Positions 36,309 through 45,743 of a DNA stretch of 64,000 nt are shown piece by piece (within the stretch, counting starts at the first letter, position 1; every line of letters starts with the position of its first letter). This DNA comes from Candidatus Micrarchaeota archaeon (GTDB lineage Archaea; Micrarchaeota; Micrarchaeia; Micrarchaeales; CABMGC01). A program made the translations under genes and the position numbers. The notes under the pieces are model-generated. The model saw only the letters and a list, made by a program, of their open reading frames with translations. It searched no databases and had not been told where the DNA came from. The stretch is from NCBI GenBank assembly GCA_021848065.1, contig JAJZNA010000014.1, positions 30,803 through 94,802 on the forward strand. Direction: 5' to 3'.

Positions 36309-38693
36309 TCAAATCTTTGGCATTCTGCTGTCCAAAAACCTGTTCACTGCAACCTTGACAGCATCCGCAATGAAGAAGAAGGCTATGCATAGGAGCGTTA
36401 TGGCCGCTATAAGCGGCAGGCTTATCCCCTGCATGAATATGCCGTAATATGATAGCACCATGCCTGCAATAATGCCTGCCATGGACATCCCGACCACCGC
36501 ACCGCTGGGCCTGGACCTCAAAGCCCACCCCCTGGTCCTTGCATTAAATATGGTAAATTTGTCGCTGATATCCAGCATGAGGAATGACGCCGTTGCAAAC
36601 TGTGCCGCTGATATCCTGAACATCCCAAAGCCGACAGGAACAAGCAGCAATGCCTCGACAAGCAGGAGTATGCCAAGGACCGATGCCGAAGCCAGTATGT
36701 GCTTCATGCTCCAGAAATCCGGCCTCTGCGAATATCCCACCGTATCCGTAGATATGGATATATTTGCAAGGTCGTTGGTGAATATGAGGAGTATGAGCAG
36801 AAATGCTGTTATAGGCACAAAGCCCATAGTGATGAAGATTATCGCTATGAATGGTATTATCTGTATGACTTTGGCGACTTTGACCACAGTGTAGGTCATC
36901 ATCCTTTCGAAGATCCTCCTGCTCTCCTTTACTGCGTCCACTATCACTGCGATGCCGCTCTTGGTCAGTACCATGTCTGCGGCCCCTTTTGCCACGTCGG
37001 TGGCGTTGGCCACTGCTATGCCTACCTCCGCCTGCTTGAGCGCAGGCGCATCATTTACCCCGTCACCTGTCATGCCTATCACGTTCGCCCCTGACTGCAG
37101 CGACTTCACTATCATGTACTTGTCCTTTGGATACACTCCCGCAAAGCCGTCAGCCTCCCTGATATCAGCTCCCAGCTCCTTGCCACCTATTCCCGAAGCA
37201 TCAATGCCCACTATTTTGCTTCCCAGCCCCACTTTCCGTGCAATCTGCACGGCAACTGGCACGCTATCACCAGTAACCATCTTAACTGACACACCAAGGC
37301 TGTGCAGCTCTCTTATCAGGCTTTTAGAGTCCCGCCTGGGCCTGTCATATAAGGCAATCATGCCGCACAGCTCCCATTTGTCTGTCTTCTTTGCCACCGC
37401 AAGCACCCTATATCCCTTCCCAGACAACTCCAGCATCTTCCTGCCTGCAGCCTTCCTGCCTGCGCCACCCAGCCCGCAGAGCTTGAATATCACCTCCGCA
37501 GCCCCCTTCGACACCGTGTACTCCTTGCCACCCTCATCCATTCTCGCCTCGGTCCGCTTTATGGATGGGTCAAATGGTATGAATCTCACCAGGTCTGCAG
37601 CCTTGACTTTTATGGTCCTGGCATACTCCAGTATTGCGTTGTCTATCGGATCCCTGTCTTCCTCCCTAGATGCCTCCGCGGCGTACCTGACGGTGTCCTG
37701 GCTGCTGCAGCCCTTTCCCCATATCTCCCCAACCTTTATCTTATTCTCAGTTATGGTGCCAGTCTTGTCCATGCAGAGCATGTTCATGCTCGCAATCTCT
37801 TCAATGGACGACAGCCTGGTTACGAGTATCGACCTGCCTGCAAGCCTTTCAGCACCCAGCGCCATGGAAACGGTGAATGCAGCTGGGAGGGCTATTGGTA
37901 CTGATGCAATGAACATGACCAGCAGGAACAGGATCAGGGTGCCCAATTGCATGCCTATGGTGTAATATCCATACATGAACAGTACGGCCACGACTATTAT
38001 GTCTATGGCCATCAGGTACTTCACTATCCTAAGTATCTCCACCCTAAGGTGCGATACCGGGCTGGCTATCTCTACAAGCCTTGCAGTCTTCCCGTACTCG
38101 GTGCCATAGCCTGTAGCCGACACTTCGCATGTGGCCTCACCCTTCCTCACCACCGTTCCGCTTAGCACACTGTCCCCATCGGACTTCTCCACTGGAAGGG
38201 ATTCACCAGTCACAACAGACTGGTCAACTTCCACACCTTCTCCAGAAAGTATTTTCGCATCGGCAGGTATCATGTCCCCTGCCCTGAGCCTTATCACATC
38301 TCCAGGAACAAGCATCCTTGCAGGCACCGACTTCCAATCTCCCGAACGAAGTACCCTGGCATTTATGGACAGCCTCTTCTTCAGCAGCTCCAACGCCGTG
38401 TCCGCTTTGTACTCCTCAGCAAAACTGACCACGGCGTTGAACACCAGCAGCGCGGCTATTATCAGCATGTTGGCTATGTTGCCTAGCAGATAAGACAGCG
38501 CCATCACTATCCATAGTATCAGCGGTATAGGGCCTACGAATTTGTAAAGGAACTTAAGCAGCCTGCTCTCTTTTTTGGCAACTATCTCATTGTACCCATA
38601 CCTTTTCAGCCTTCTTACCGCCTCGGCATCATCAAGTCCGCCAGCGACATGCCCCATAGGCATTACTCTGTCCTTACCGACAACGCTCATCAT
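36309..38693 (-). CDS. P-type ATPase, type III (plasma-membrane proton pump-like)
   Basis: 794 aa. Phosphorylation site CMDKTGTITENK, TGES, MVTGDSVPVA, GMTGDGVNDAPALKQAEVGIAV, and N-terminal EAVRRLKRYGYNEI typical of H+-ATPases. Confidence 0.85.
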   Translation of the reverse strand: MMSVVGKDRVMPMGHVAGGLDDAEAVRRLKRYGYNEIVAKKESRLLKFLYKFVGPIPLILWIVMALSYLLGNIANMLIIAALLVFNAVVSFAEEYKADTALELLKKRLSINARVLRSGDWKSVPARMLVPGDVIRLRAGDMIPADAKILSGEGVEVDQSVVTGESLPVEKSDGDSVLSGTVVRKGEATCEVSATGYGTEYGKTARLVEIASPVSHLRVEILRIVKYLMAIDIIVVAVLFMYGYYTIGMQLGTLILFLLVMFIASVPIALPAAFTVSMALGAERLAGRSILVTRLSSIEEIASMNMLCMDKTGTITENKIKVGEIWGKGCSSQDTVRYAAEASREEDRDPIDNAILEYARTIKVKAADLVRFIPFDPSIKRTEARMDEGGKEYTVSKGAAEVIFKLCGLGGAGRKAAGRKMLELSGKGYRVLAVAKKTDKWELCGMIALYDRPRRDSKSLIRELHSLGVSVKMVTGDSVPVAVQIARKVGLGSKIVGIDASGIGGKELGADIREADGFAGVYPKDKYMIVKSLQSGANVIGMTGDGVNDAPALKQAEVGIAVANATDVAKGAADMVLTKSGIAVIVDAVKESRRIFERMMTYTVVKVAKVIQIIPFIAIIFITMGFVPITAFLLILLIFTNDLANISISTDTVGYSQRPDFWSMKHILASASVLGILLLVEALLLVPVGFGMFRISAAQFATASFLMLDISDKFTIFNARTRGWALRSRPSGAVVGMSMAGIIAGMVLSYYGIFMQGISLPLIAAITLLCIAFFFIADAVKVAVNRFLDSRMPKI

Positions 38694-38777
38694 ACCTCCG
38701 CAAACATATTATCTACACGTTCGCAGGCTTTTATTGCTATCTAATGCAGCGCCCCGCGGCGAAGAAAGGACAAGGTA

Positions 38778-38852
38778 TGGGCCCGATGAGATTTGAACTC
38801 ATGACCTTTCGATTATCAGTCGAACGCTCTAACCAAGCTGAGCTACGAGCCC
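38778..38852 (-). tRNA. tRNA-Ile (anticodon GAU)
   Basis: Acceptor GGGCTCG/CGGGCCC, D stem GCTC/GAGC, anticodon arm TTCGA-CTGATAA-TCGAA, T arm ATGAG-TTCAAAT-CTCAT, discriminator A. Confidence 0.9.
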
Positions 38853-38886
38853 GTTCATAATACGGTCTTGTGCAAGGTATAAATTA

Positions 38887-39867
38887 CTAGTGCCTGGCAC
38901 GTTTCCTTGATCCCTTGTCAATTACTGCCTTGAACTTCTTGAAGTCTGAAAGCATTATGTCGTATTTGGACTTGAACCTGACAACTGCTGACGGGTGTAT
39001 CGTTACCATGTAAACCTTTCCATCGCTGTTCACAACCGACCCGTGGTTCTTCTCAGACCCTTCCACTCCGAGTAGGGATGCGGCGGCTAGGTTGCCAAGC
39101 AGTATGACGCCTGCAGGCTCTATCACCTTGACCTGCTCCATAAGGAAGGGGAGGCATTCCTTGACTTCGGCCTGGCTCGGCATCCTGTTTCCAGGGGGGA
39201 AAAACTGCACAACGTTTGTTATGTACATATCGTGCCTTTTCATCCCGGTCTTTCTCAGCACCGAATCCAGCAGCTTTCCGCTTCTTCCCACGAAAGGCCT
39301 GCCTAGCTTATCCTCTTCGGCTCCGGGCGCCTGCCCGATTATCATTACCTGTCCGTCAAGGCTCCCTTCCCCGGGAACGAATCTGGTGCTGAGCTCCCAT
39401 CCGCTCCTCTTAGGTATGGCCGCATACCTCCTGTTTATGTCAGAAATGCTACTGTACTTATCGATGTACGCAGCTACCCTGTCAAGTATCTTCACTATGT
39501 TCTTGAACTTCAGCTTCTTCCTCGCCTGCGCGTGCGGCTGCCATTCATAGCCTATATGCTCATGCGATATGGTGACCCCACCGTCTGCCACCTCGGATAT
39601 GAAATACTTTACCTGCTTCACTATCATCTTTTCCTCGCGCCTGAAAAAATACTTTGTAGTGGCTACGAATCCTGGTACAAACTCCACTCCAAGCCCCGAC
39701 TCCTCTCTTATCTCCCTCTTTGCTGCCACCTCTGCCGTCTCTCCCTTCTCTATGTGCCCTTTCGGAAGGTCGTACGCCCCGTTAGGCTTCTTAAGGAGAA
39801 GAAAGAGTACGGTCCCTTTTTCCATCCGGTATACGAATGCCCCTGCGGAATATTCAAAACTGGTCAT
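38887..39867 (-). CDS. Nudix hydrolase / uracil-DNA glycosylase-superfamily fusion protein
   Basis: The N-terminal Nudix box GHIEKGETAEVAAKREIREESGL is followed by C-terminal UDG family 4-like motifs IIGQAPGAEEDKLGRPFVGRSGKLL and HPSAVVRF. Confidence 0.75.
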   Translation of the reverse strand: MTSFEYSAGAFVYRMEKGTVLFLLLKKPNGAYDLPKGHIEKGETAEVAAKREIREESGLGVEFVPGFVATTKYFFRREEKMIVKQVKYFISEVADGGVTISHEHIGYEWQPHAQARKKLKFKNIVKILDRVAAYIDKYSSISDINRRYAAIPKRSGWELSTRFVPGEGSLDGQVMIIGQAPGAEEDKLGRPFVGRSGKLLDSVLRKTGMKRHDMYITNVVQFFPPGNRMPSQAEVKECLPFLMEQVKVIEPAGVILLGNLAAASLLGVEGSEKNHGSVVNSDGKVYMVTIHPSAVVRFKSKYDIMLSDFKKFKAVIDKGSRKRARH

Positions 39868-41360
39868 TTCAGCACCTTCGACATGAAGCAGTATGCGCTG
39901 TCTATCCTTGCCGTGTCAGTGGCGTTGGGGAAGTTGAGGAACACCGCATTTGTTATCGCATCCCTCATTGCCTGGGATGCAGTGCCGCACGAAGTGCCCT
40001 GCCCGTATGGATAACGCTGTAGGATTACGTACATGTCTGCAGGTATTACTGCACTGCCAGAATTATAAGGTATTCTGCGGTAGTACACAAACGAATAATT
40101 GCCATTGGCGTACAGTTCGTAAATCTTGCCTACGTTGCCTGCCTGGTCAGATTTGTAGAGGAAAGCGCTCTGAGAGAACTCCGATTCCAGGGTGGCGTTG
40201 GGCTGACCGAAGATCAGCACTATGGGCAGCTGCGACATCCCGCTTACATTGTGCACATACACCGAAGCGCTCGTGCTGCCATTGCTTATGAAGCTATCCG
40301 AGCTGTAGTTCTGGACATTCGCAACGCTGTCAAGCGTGGCTATAAGCGTCCCTCCGGTGAAATTCAGCCTGGCCGTGCCCGAAGCAATCGTGGGCGATAC
40401 CTGCTGCGCGCTGGCCACATTGGCGGAAAAGGCAAGGTAAGCCAAGGACAGGACTATGGCAACTACAATTCCCGCCTTGCTGAACGTTCCTTTGCCCCTG
40501 CCTGCGCCTGCGAGGCTTGGGTACGACAGCCCGAACCTCCCTGAGAATATCACCATCACCGCCATTATGCCGTAGAACATTATCTGGCCGGCAATGCTGT
40601 GGGCACTTATAAGATTCTGGCTCGGACCGTAGACGAACCAGAGCGTGGTTATTGCCAGCATCCTTGCGATATTGAGCACGAGCATAAGTGCGAATCCTGT
40701 TAACACCCATACTGCCCTCTCGCGCGGACTTGCGTCATAGAAATATGCAAGAGGTATGAGAAACATTACAAGCCCTATTAATGCCCCGATTCCCACGCAC
40801 GCCTCGCCTATGCTTATGCTTGTACCATTAAGCACCATGGATATCGGCGGCACGTAGGACAATCCCGGCACAACCAGCTTCGCCATGCTGTACACTATCG
40901 CCGTATTTATGGCCGAGAACGACTGTTCGAGGTTGATAACCGGGAGGAAGATGGCCGGCCATGCAAACAGTGCGTAGACTGCTATGAAAGAGAATCTCCT
41001 CATGTTGCGTGCACCGAAGAGAAGTGCGGATAGGGCGGCTATAATCAATGGGAGTGAAAGCGCCGCCATCCTGTAACTGAAAGAGAGGTAAGACATGGTG
41101 GCATCGAAATATGCCTCCATTCCAATCGCGGCAAGAAAGAGCACCGCCCCGAGCACTATGTCTCGCTTTTCAACGTCTGCCACAATGCCCTCCTTAAGCA
41201 TGAATAGCGCGAAGATGGGCACCATGAGCATGGGAACGACAACGTACGTTGACGCGTCCGTGTCGCTTATGGAAAGCTGCGTTGTGGAGATCTGGTTAAT
41301 TAGCACTACCGCCAGCAGCACGGCGAAGATCAGCACAAGTGTGCGCGCTCTATACAACAA
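39864..41360 (-). CDS. exosortase/archaeosortase-family membrane protein with C-terminal extracytoplasmic domain
   Basis: 498 aa with about 8 TM helices. Candidate catalytic triad at the expected spacing: Cys188 in GEACVGIG (codon tgc at 40797-40799 checked), Arg233 in LNIARML, His254 in SAHSIAGQ. Then a roughly 180-aa Ser/Asn-rich tail. Confidence 0.55.
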   Translation of the reverse strand: MLYRARTLVLIFAVLLAVVLINQISTTQLSISDTDASTYVVVPMLMVPIFALFMLKEGIVADVEKRDIVLGAVLFLAAIGMEAYFDATMSYLSFSYRMAALSLPLIIAALSALLFGARNMRRFSFIAVYALFAWPAIFLPVINLEQSFSAINTAIVYSMAKLVVPGLSYVPPISMVLNGTSISIGEACVGIGALIGLVMFLIPLAYFYDASPRERAVWVLTGFALMLVLNIARMLAITTLWFVYGPSQNLISAHSIAGQIMFYGIMAVMVIFSGRFGLSYPSLAGAGRGKGTFSKAGIVVAIVLSLAYLAFSANVASAQQVSPTIASGTARLNFTGGTLIATLDSVANVQNYSSDSFISNGSTSASVYVHNVSGMSQLPIVLIFGQPNATLESEFSQSAFLYKSDQAGNVGKIYELYANGNYSFVYYRRIPYNSGSAVIPADMYVILQRYPYGQGTSCGTASQAMRDAITNAVFLNFPNATDTARIDSAYCFMSKVLK

Positions 41361-41442
41361 AACACCGTATTGTCCTCAGCCGATATGGACTTCATCACTT
41401 GTCAGTAGTTACTCTTGTCTTCACAGGACGGGAATATTATGA

Positions 41443-41913
41443 ATGTATGCATATATAATTGTAGTCTTGGCGAAAACCGTGAGAAAATTCAGGTATCTTC
41501 CGCATACTGCGGATGTAGCGTTCGTGGGATACGGTACGGACCTAAAGTCTGCAATGTCCAATGCGGCCCTTGCACTGCTCAACACCATGCTTGACCTCAA
41601 GGCCATAGAAAAGGACAGAAGCGCGCAAGCCGCTATCACCATACGCGAATCTGCGCATGACTACGATGAGCTTGCATGGTTTGTGCTGCAGGACATCCTC
41701 TCAAAGGTGGATGCCAGGAAGCTCAACGCCTTCAGGTTCGATGTGCTTGAAATAAAGGAGGCGAAAGGCGCGGTAAGGCTCTCGGGCCGCCTCGCGTACA
41801 AAAAATCAAAGTCAGACTATGCCCTCCTTTCGGTAAAAGCCGTCACGCCGCACAACCTTCACGTAAGGCATCGTGGAAAATCATGTTCCATAACTGTGGT
41901 TGTAGACGTATAA
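41443..41913 (+). CDS. archease
   Basis: FRYLPHTADVAFVGYG matches the archease N-terminal signature (HTAD). The true start is probably the GTG near 41479. Confidence 0.7.
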   Translation: MYAYIIVVLAKTVRKFRYLPHTADVAFVGYGTDLKSAMSNAALALLNTMLDLKAIEKDRSAQAAITIRESAHDYDELAWFVLQDILSKVDARKLNAFRFDVLEIKEAKGAVRLSGRLAYKKSKSDYALLSVKAVTPHNLHVRHRGKSCSITVVVDV

Positions 41914-41916
41914 GTT

Positions 41917-42372
41917 TCAGCCGAAATTTCTTCTTTCGATGTCCCTTACCTTGCCTATTCTCCTCACATGCCTCTCCTCCGCAGAGAACGGGGTCGAAAG
42001 CCACACATCTGCTATCTTCTCGGCCTCTTCGGGTTTTGTAAGCACTCCTGACAGGCATAGCACGTTCGTGTCATTGTCCACGCGTGCCATCCTGGCGGAA
42101 GTCTCGTTCCAGCACGGGGATGCGTATATGCCGCGCATCTTGTTTGCAGCTATTGTTATGCCGTGCGCGTGCTTGCATATTATTATCCCCCTTCCCTTTG
42201 TCTCCAGGACTTTCTTGCAGACCTTCTCGGCATAGTCTGGGTAATCATCATCCTTGTCGTACTCATAGGGCCCAACATCAACCACATTGTAACCCTTGCC
42301 CTTAAGGAATCCCCTCAGCCTGTCCTTGAGCTCGAAGCCCCCATGATCGCTGCCTATGTATATCTCGTCCAT
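41917..42372 (-). CDS. rpiB: ribose-5-phosphate isomerase B
   Basis: 151 aa. IYIGSDHGGFELKDRL...GYNVVDVG and a downstream Cys/His region typical of RpiB/LacAB. Confidence 0.85.
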   Translation of the reverse strand: MDEIYIGSDHGGFELKDRLRGFLKGKGYNVVDVGPYEYDKDDDYPDYAEKVCKKVLETKGRGIIICKHAHGITIAANKMRGIYASPCWNETSARMARVDNDTNVLCLSGVLTKPEEAEKIADVWLSTPFSAEERHVRRIGKVRDIERRNFG

Positions 42373-42387
42373 GCGCGCACCAAAACA

Positions 42388-42807
42388 TCAATAAACTATG
42401 CTCACCAGCACATCTCTTCTCCTGGGCCTCGTATCGAAGTCCATGACTACCAGCTGCTGCCATTCCCCAAGCTCCATCTTTCCCTTTGCAAACGGAATGC
42501 TAGCGCTGGGACCGACTATAGACGCCCTCAGGTGGCTCTTTCCGTTGTTCTCTCCCCAAGTCTTGCTATGCTCGTATTCTGCATCCGAAGGTGTTATCCG
42601 CTCCAGCATGGCCTTCAAGTCGCTTAGCAGGTTCGGCTCGTACTCTATTGTAGTTACTCCAGCAGTAGATCCAGGCACGAAGACTGTCACTATGCCCTCT
42701 TCAGCTCCGCATGCATCTATCTCCTTGTTCACCCGCGCGGTTATGTCAGTGACATAAAGTTCTGCACCCTGCTTCTCTATGCTGAACCTGGAAGTCTTGA
42801 CTGCCAT
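42388..42807 (-). CDS. YjbQ/UPF0047 family protein
   Basis: 139 aa. YVTDITARV..., TVFVPGSTAGVTTIEYEP, and the SHLRASIVGPS pattern. Confidence 0.75.
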   Translation of the reverse strand: MAVKTSRFSIEKQGAELYVTDITARVNKEIDACGAEEGIVTVFVPGSTAGVTTIEYEPNLLSDLKAMLERITPSDAEYEHSKTWGENNGKSHLRASIVGPSASIPFAKGKMELGEWQQLVVMDFDTRPRRRDVLVSIVY

Positions 42808-42923
42808 AAATTACTGTGGCGCTAACTGATTTAAATTACTTTCACGGCACTAAATGCAGCATTCGGCCCGATTCCCACAGCCCCATGGCGCACTAATAAT
42901 AATGCTCCAGGCAAGAGCATAAC

Positions 42924-43151
42924 ATGGAGATAACCGTAAGGGTTGTGCCTAACGCAAAGTCGCCTTCGCTAGAGCGCATTGGAGAAAGGGAATACCGCGC
43001 CAGGGTCGACGCCCCGGCACTCGAAGGGCGTGCCAACATGCGCCTCGCAGAGCTTCTTGCAGAGCATTTTGGCGTAAGGAAATCGGATATATTGATTCTG
43101 CGCGGCTCGAAGGGCCGCACCAAGCTGGTCCGGATCCTCTCCAAGGGCTGA
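42924..43151 (+). CDS. DUF167/YggU family protein
   Basis: 75 aa. ITVRVVPNAKS...VDAPALEGRANMRLAELLAEHFGV...ILRGSKGRTK is the typical UPF0235 pattern. Confidence 0.75.
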   Translation: MEITVRVVPNAKSPSLERIGEREYRARVDAPALEGRANMRLAELLAEHFGVRKSDILILRGSKGRTKLVRILSKG

Positions 43152-43213
43152 AAGGAATGCCTGTGGGCCTTTAATGCTCAATATGCAAAGCCGTTATAAA
43201 TGCAGGCCGGCAA

Positions 43214-43798
43214 ATGTCATGCATGGACGGCCGCACGCGCTGCGAATGGTCATACACCGGCAACAGCGAGCTCTACATCGCATATCATGATACTGAATGG
43301 GGTGTACCTATTCATGATGACACTAGGCTGTTCGAATTCCTTGTGCTTGAGGGCGCGCAGGCAGGGCTGAGCTGGTTAACAATACTGAAGAAACGTGAAA
43401 ATTACCGCAAGGCATTCAGCGCGTTCGACCCTGGCAAGGTTGCGAAGTACGGGGAAAAGAAGATAAAAAGCCTTCTGGAAGACAAGGGCATAATACGTAA
43501 CAAGCTCAAGATCAACGCTGCCGTGCTCAATGCAAGGTGTTTCCTTGAGGTGCAGAAGGAGTTCGGGAGCTTTGATAAGTATGTATGGGGCTTCGTGCCG
43601 CACAGGAAGCCGATAAAGAACTCATGGTCTTCCACCAAGCAGGTACCTGCAAGGACCGAGGAGTCGGATGCCCTGAGCCGGGACCTCAAAAGCAGGGGCT
43701 TTAGGTTCGTCGGGTCTACAATATGCTACGCCCACATGCAGGCAACGGGCATGGTGAACGACCATGTCACAAACTGCTTCAGGTATGTGCAAGTATAG
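43214..43798 (+). CDS. tag: DNA-3-methyladenine glycosylase I
   Basis: 194 aa. RCEW...YHDTEWGVPIHDDTRLFEFLVLEGAQAGLSWLTILKKRENYRKAF is highly characteristic of Tag. Confidence 0.85.
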   Translation: MSCMDGRTRCEWSYTGNSELYIAYHDTEWGVPIHDDTRLFEFLVLEGAQAGLSWLTILKKRENYRKAFSAFDPGKVAKYGEKKIKSLLEDKGIIRNKLKINAAVLNARCFLEVQKEFGSFDKYVWGFVPHRKPIKNSWSSTKQVPARTEESDALSRDLKSRGFRFVGSTICYAHMQATGMVNDHVTNCFRYVQV

Positions 43799-43858
43799 GC
43801 GCCAGGAGTCCGATTGCAGTAAGCTAAAACTACAGGATCCGGCATTATAATCCGATAT

Positions 43859-43872
43859 AGCCAGGAGAGGGA
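43859..43872. repeat. 13/14-nt near-copy of the tRNA-Cys 3' end (agccaggaGaggga), att-like
   Basis: Compare 45603-45616, agccaggaAaggga (discriminator, 3' acceptor strand and T stem of tRNA-Cys). The pair brackets the AT-richer vapBC/dioxygenase patch. Confidence 0.55.
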
Positions 43873-43963
43873 ATTATGTGGGATTGTTCGTAGTTTGCGC
43901 TTACAATCAGTTAGCATAGGTAATAGGAAAGTATAAATACTTAGTCCTACTAAGTATCACTTA

Positions 43964-44215
43964 GTGGTAAGAATGGAACTGGAAAGAATTGTAGGTCCAA
44001 AGGGCCAAGTAGTCATACCTATGGATGTAAGGAAGAAGGTAGGTATAAAACCAGGATCTGATGTGGTATTTGAGGTTATTGATAGTAAGATTGTTATAAA
44101 AAAGAAGATGAGCCCGAAGGAATTTGTCGAGGATTTTGGAAATGTACCTAAAAAGATCAAGGGCCTCAATACCAAGAAAATAAAGGCCATACTAGAGGCA
44201 GAATACGATGCCTAG
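43964..44215 (+). CDS. vapB: AbrB/SpoVT-family antitoxin
   Basis: 83 aa. GPKGQVVIPMDVRKKVGIKPGSDVVFEV is the swapped-hairpin AbrB motif. The stop overlaps the start of the PIN gene. Confidence 0.75.
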   Translation: MVRMELERIVGPKGQVVIPMDVRKKVGIKPGSDVVFEVIDSKIVIKKKMSPKEFVEDFGNVPKKIKGLNTKKIKAILEAEYDA

Positions 44216-44643
44216 TGAGAAACATGAAATATCTTGATGCTAATGTATTCATATACTTGGCTCTATCCGAAGGCTCTGAAAGTAAGGCTATTGCAGCAAA
44301 AAACATAATAGAGAAAGTAGTTGAAGGCTCATTTGTAAGTGCTACAAGCTCTCTTACATGGGACGAGCTGGTATGGGTTGTAAAGAAATTCGAGGGCAAG
44401 GAAGTTGCAAAGGAAGAAGGTAGGAAATTCATATCCCTTCCTAAATTGAAAATATTATCTGTAGGAGAGAGCACGCTATATGCTGCACAAGACCTTGTAG
44501 CAGCCTACGGCCTTAAGCCAAGGGATGCAATTCATGCAGCATGCTGCATCGAAAACGGAATTGAGGAGATAATAAGCGACGATTCCGACTTTGATGGAAT
44601 TGACGGTTTGAAGCGCACAAAGCTTGAAGACGCGTTAAAATAA
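44215..44643 (+). CDS. vapC: PIN-domain toxin
   Basis: KYLDANVFIY (first acidic residue), RDAIHAACCIENG, and IISDDSDFD. The ATG at 44224 is an alternative start. Confidence 0.8.
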   Translation: MRNMKYLDANVFIYLALSEGSESKAIAAKNIIEKVVEGSFVSATSSLTWDELVWVVKKFEGKEVAKEEGRKFISLPKLKILSVGESTLYAAQDLVAAYGLKPRDAIHAACCIENGIEEIISDDSDFDGIDGLKRTKLEDALK

Positions 44644-44655
44644 GGGGATGAAATC

Positions 44656-45570
44656 TTGTATAAAAACACAATACATTATGGTTCTCTGTTCAACAAGCAA
44701 CAGTTACTATTCAATTTTACCAACAAAGTAAGCGGCTCAGGTACCCGTCTTGTATCAGATGATTACTATGACCATGGGTGGATCATCATTTCTGATATAC
44801 CTGACGCATATTCAGCTGCAATAGTTCAAGAGCAGTTCATCAACAGTATTGACATTTCCAAGCTTCCTATGCAAGCGCGATTTGCTAGTAGAATTCAGTT
44901 AGCAAAAGCGGATAAAATCCCAGTATGCGATGATATTGTAGCCACAAGCTTTCAAGTCCTGCATTTCGATATGGGAATACCCTTAGTTGAGAGTGAGAAT
45001 CAGATGTACATTACGCATGTAGGGCTCTATCTTCCTCCTACAACTGATCATGAAATTACTGCATCTACAAGGATTGTTGAGTTGGCTGGCTTGCTAAATA
45101 CGCCCAACATTAATCCCAATCTCTTAGAAAATAACCTAGTTGAGTATGTCAAAAATCACGGAGACGGATGGGAAAATAACAACACGCTTCGCTTAGCGTG
45201 CTTCGCAAGGTTCCTAGATGCCGCCCTAGGTACTCGTGAATTAGCTGCAGAAATAGATAAGACTGTAGGGCAGTTCTTCAATACTGATAAAAGGTTAAGT
45301 GGCGAGGAGGCATATTCCCAAGAGTCACTATTTTACGGCAATAGAGGTATAAACATCAAAGCAATAGAGAGGCAGATTAAACTTAAGCCAGGACAATTAC
45401 TCGTAATTGACAATTCACGCGTTATTCATGGCCGTATAGGCCAACGTAAAGCCAAAGAAGTGTATAACTTTATGTTTGGAGTTCAAAGTATAAGTCACGA
45501 TGATATCCGGGCCTTACGCAGGTATACCTGCAATCTGATATCTTCTTATCCTTCAGTTGCATCAAAGTGA
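44656..45570 (+). CDS. possible Fe(II)/2-oxoglutarate dioxygenase (TauD/CAS-like) protein
   Basis: 304 aa with a TTG start. H-x-D in VLHFDMG, and a distal LLVIDNSRVIHGR resembling the DN-R-x-x-HGR block of TauD/GBBH-type enzymes. This is a motif-level call only. Confidence 0.4.
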   Translation: MYKNTIHYGSLFNKQQLLFNFTNKVSGSGTRLVSDDYYDHGWIIISDIPDAYSAAIVQEQFINSIDISKLPMQARFASRIQLAKADKIPVCDDIVATSFQVLHFDMGIPLVESENQMYITHVGLYLPPTTDHEITASTRIVELAGLLNTPNINPNLLENNLVEYVKNHGDGWENNNTLRLACFARFLDAALGTRELAAEIDKTVGQFFNTDKRLSGEEAYSQESLFYGNRGINIKAIERQIKLKPGQLLVIDNSRVIHGRIGQRKAKEVYNFMFGVQSISHDDIRALRRYTCNLISSYPSVASK

Positions 45571-45602
45571 AAAAAGAAAGGGAACCGAACCTTGAAGTCT
45601 AA

Positions 45603-45673
45603 AGCCAGGAAAGGGAGTCGAACCCCTCTTTTCCGCTCTGCAGGCGGACGCATAGCCGATCTGCCATCCTGGC
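45603..45673 (-). tRNA. tRNA-Cys (anticodon GCA)
   Basis: Acceptor GCCAGGA/TCCTGGC, anticodon arm TCCGC-CTGCAGA-GCGGA, T arm AGGGG-TTCGACT-CCCTT, discriminator U. 71 nt. Confidence 0.9.
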
Positions 45674-45743
45674 GTTTAGGTTAATAAACGTTAATCAGAC
45701 ATCAATATATAATAAACAAGCTTATATTAACAAAGTGATTCGT

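Noticed and set aside
36952-37965. 337-aa plus-strand ORF and several other ORFs overlapping 36309-38693
   Set aside because: They are antisense or alternate-frame shadows of the P-type ATPase gene. They are Ser/Pro/Ala-rich and low in complexity, with no motifs, whereas the minus-strand frame has every P-type ATPase signature.
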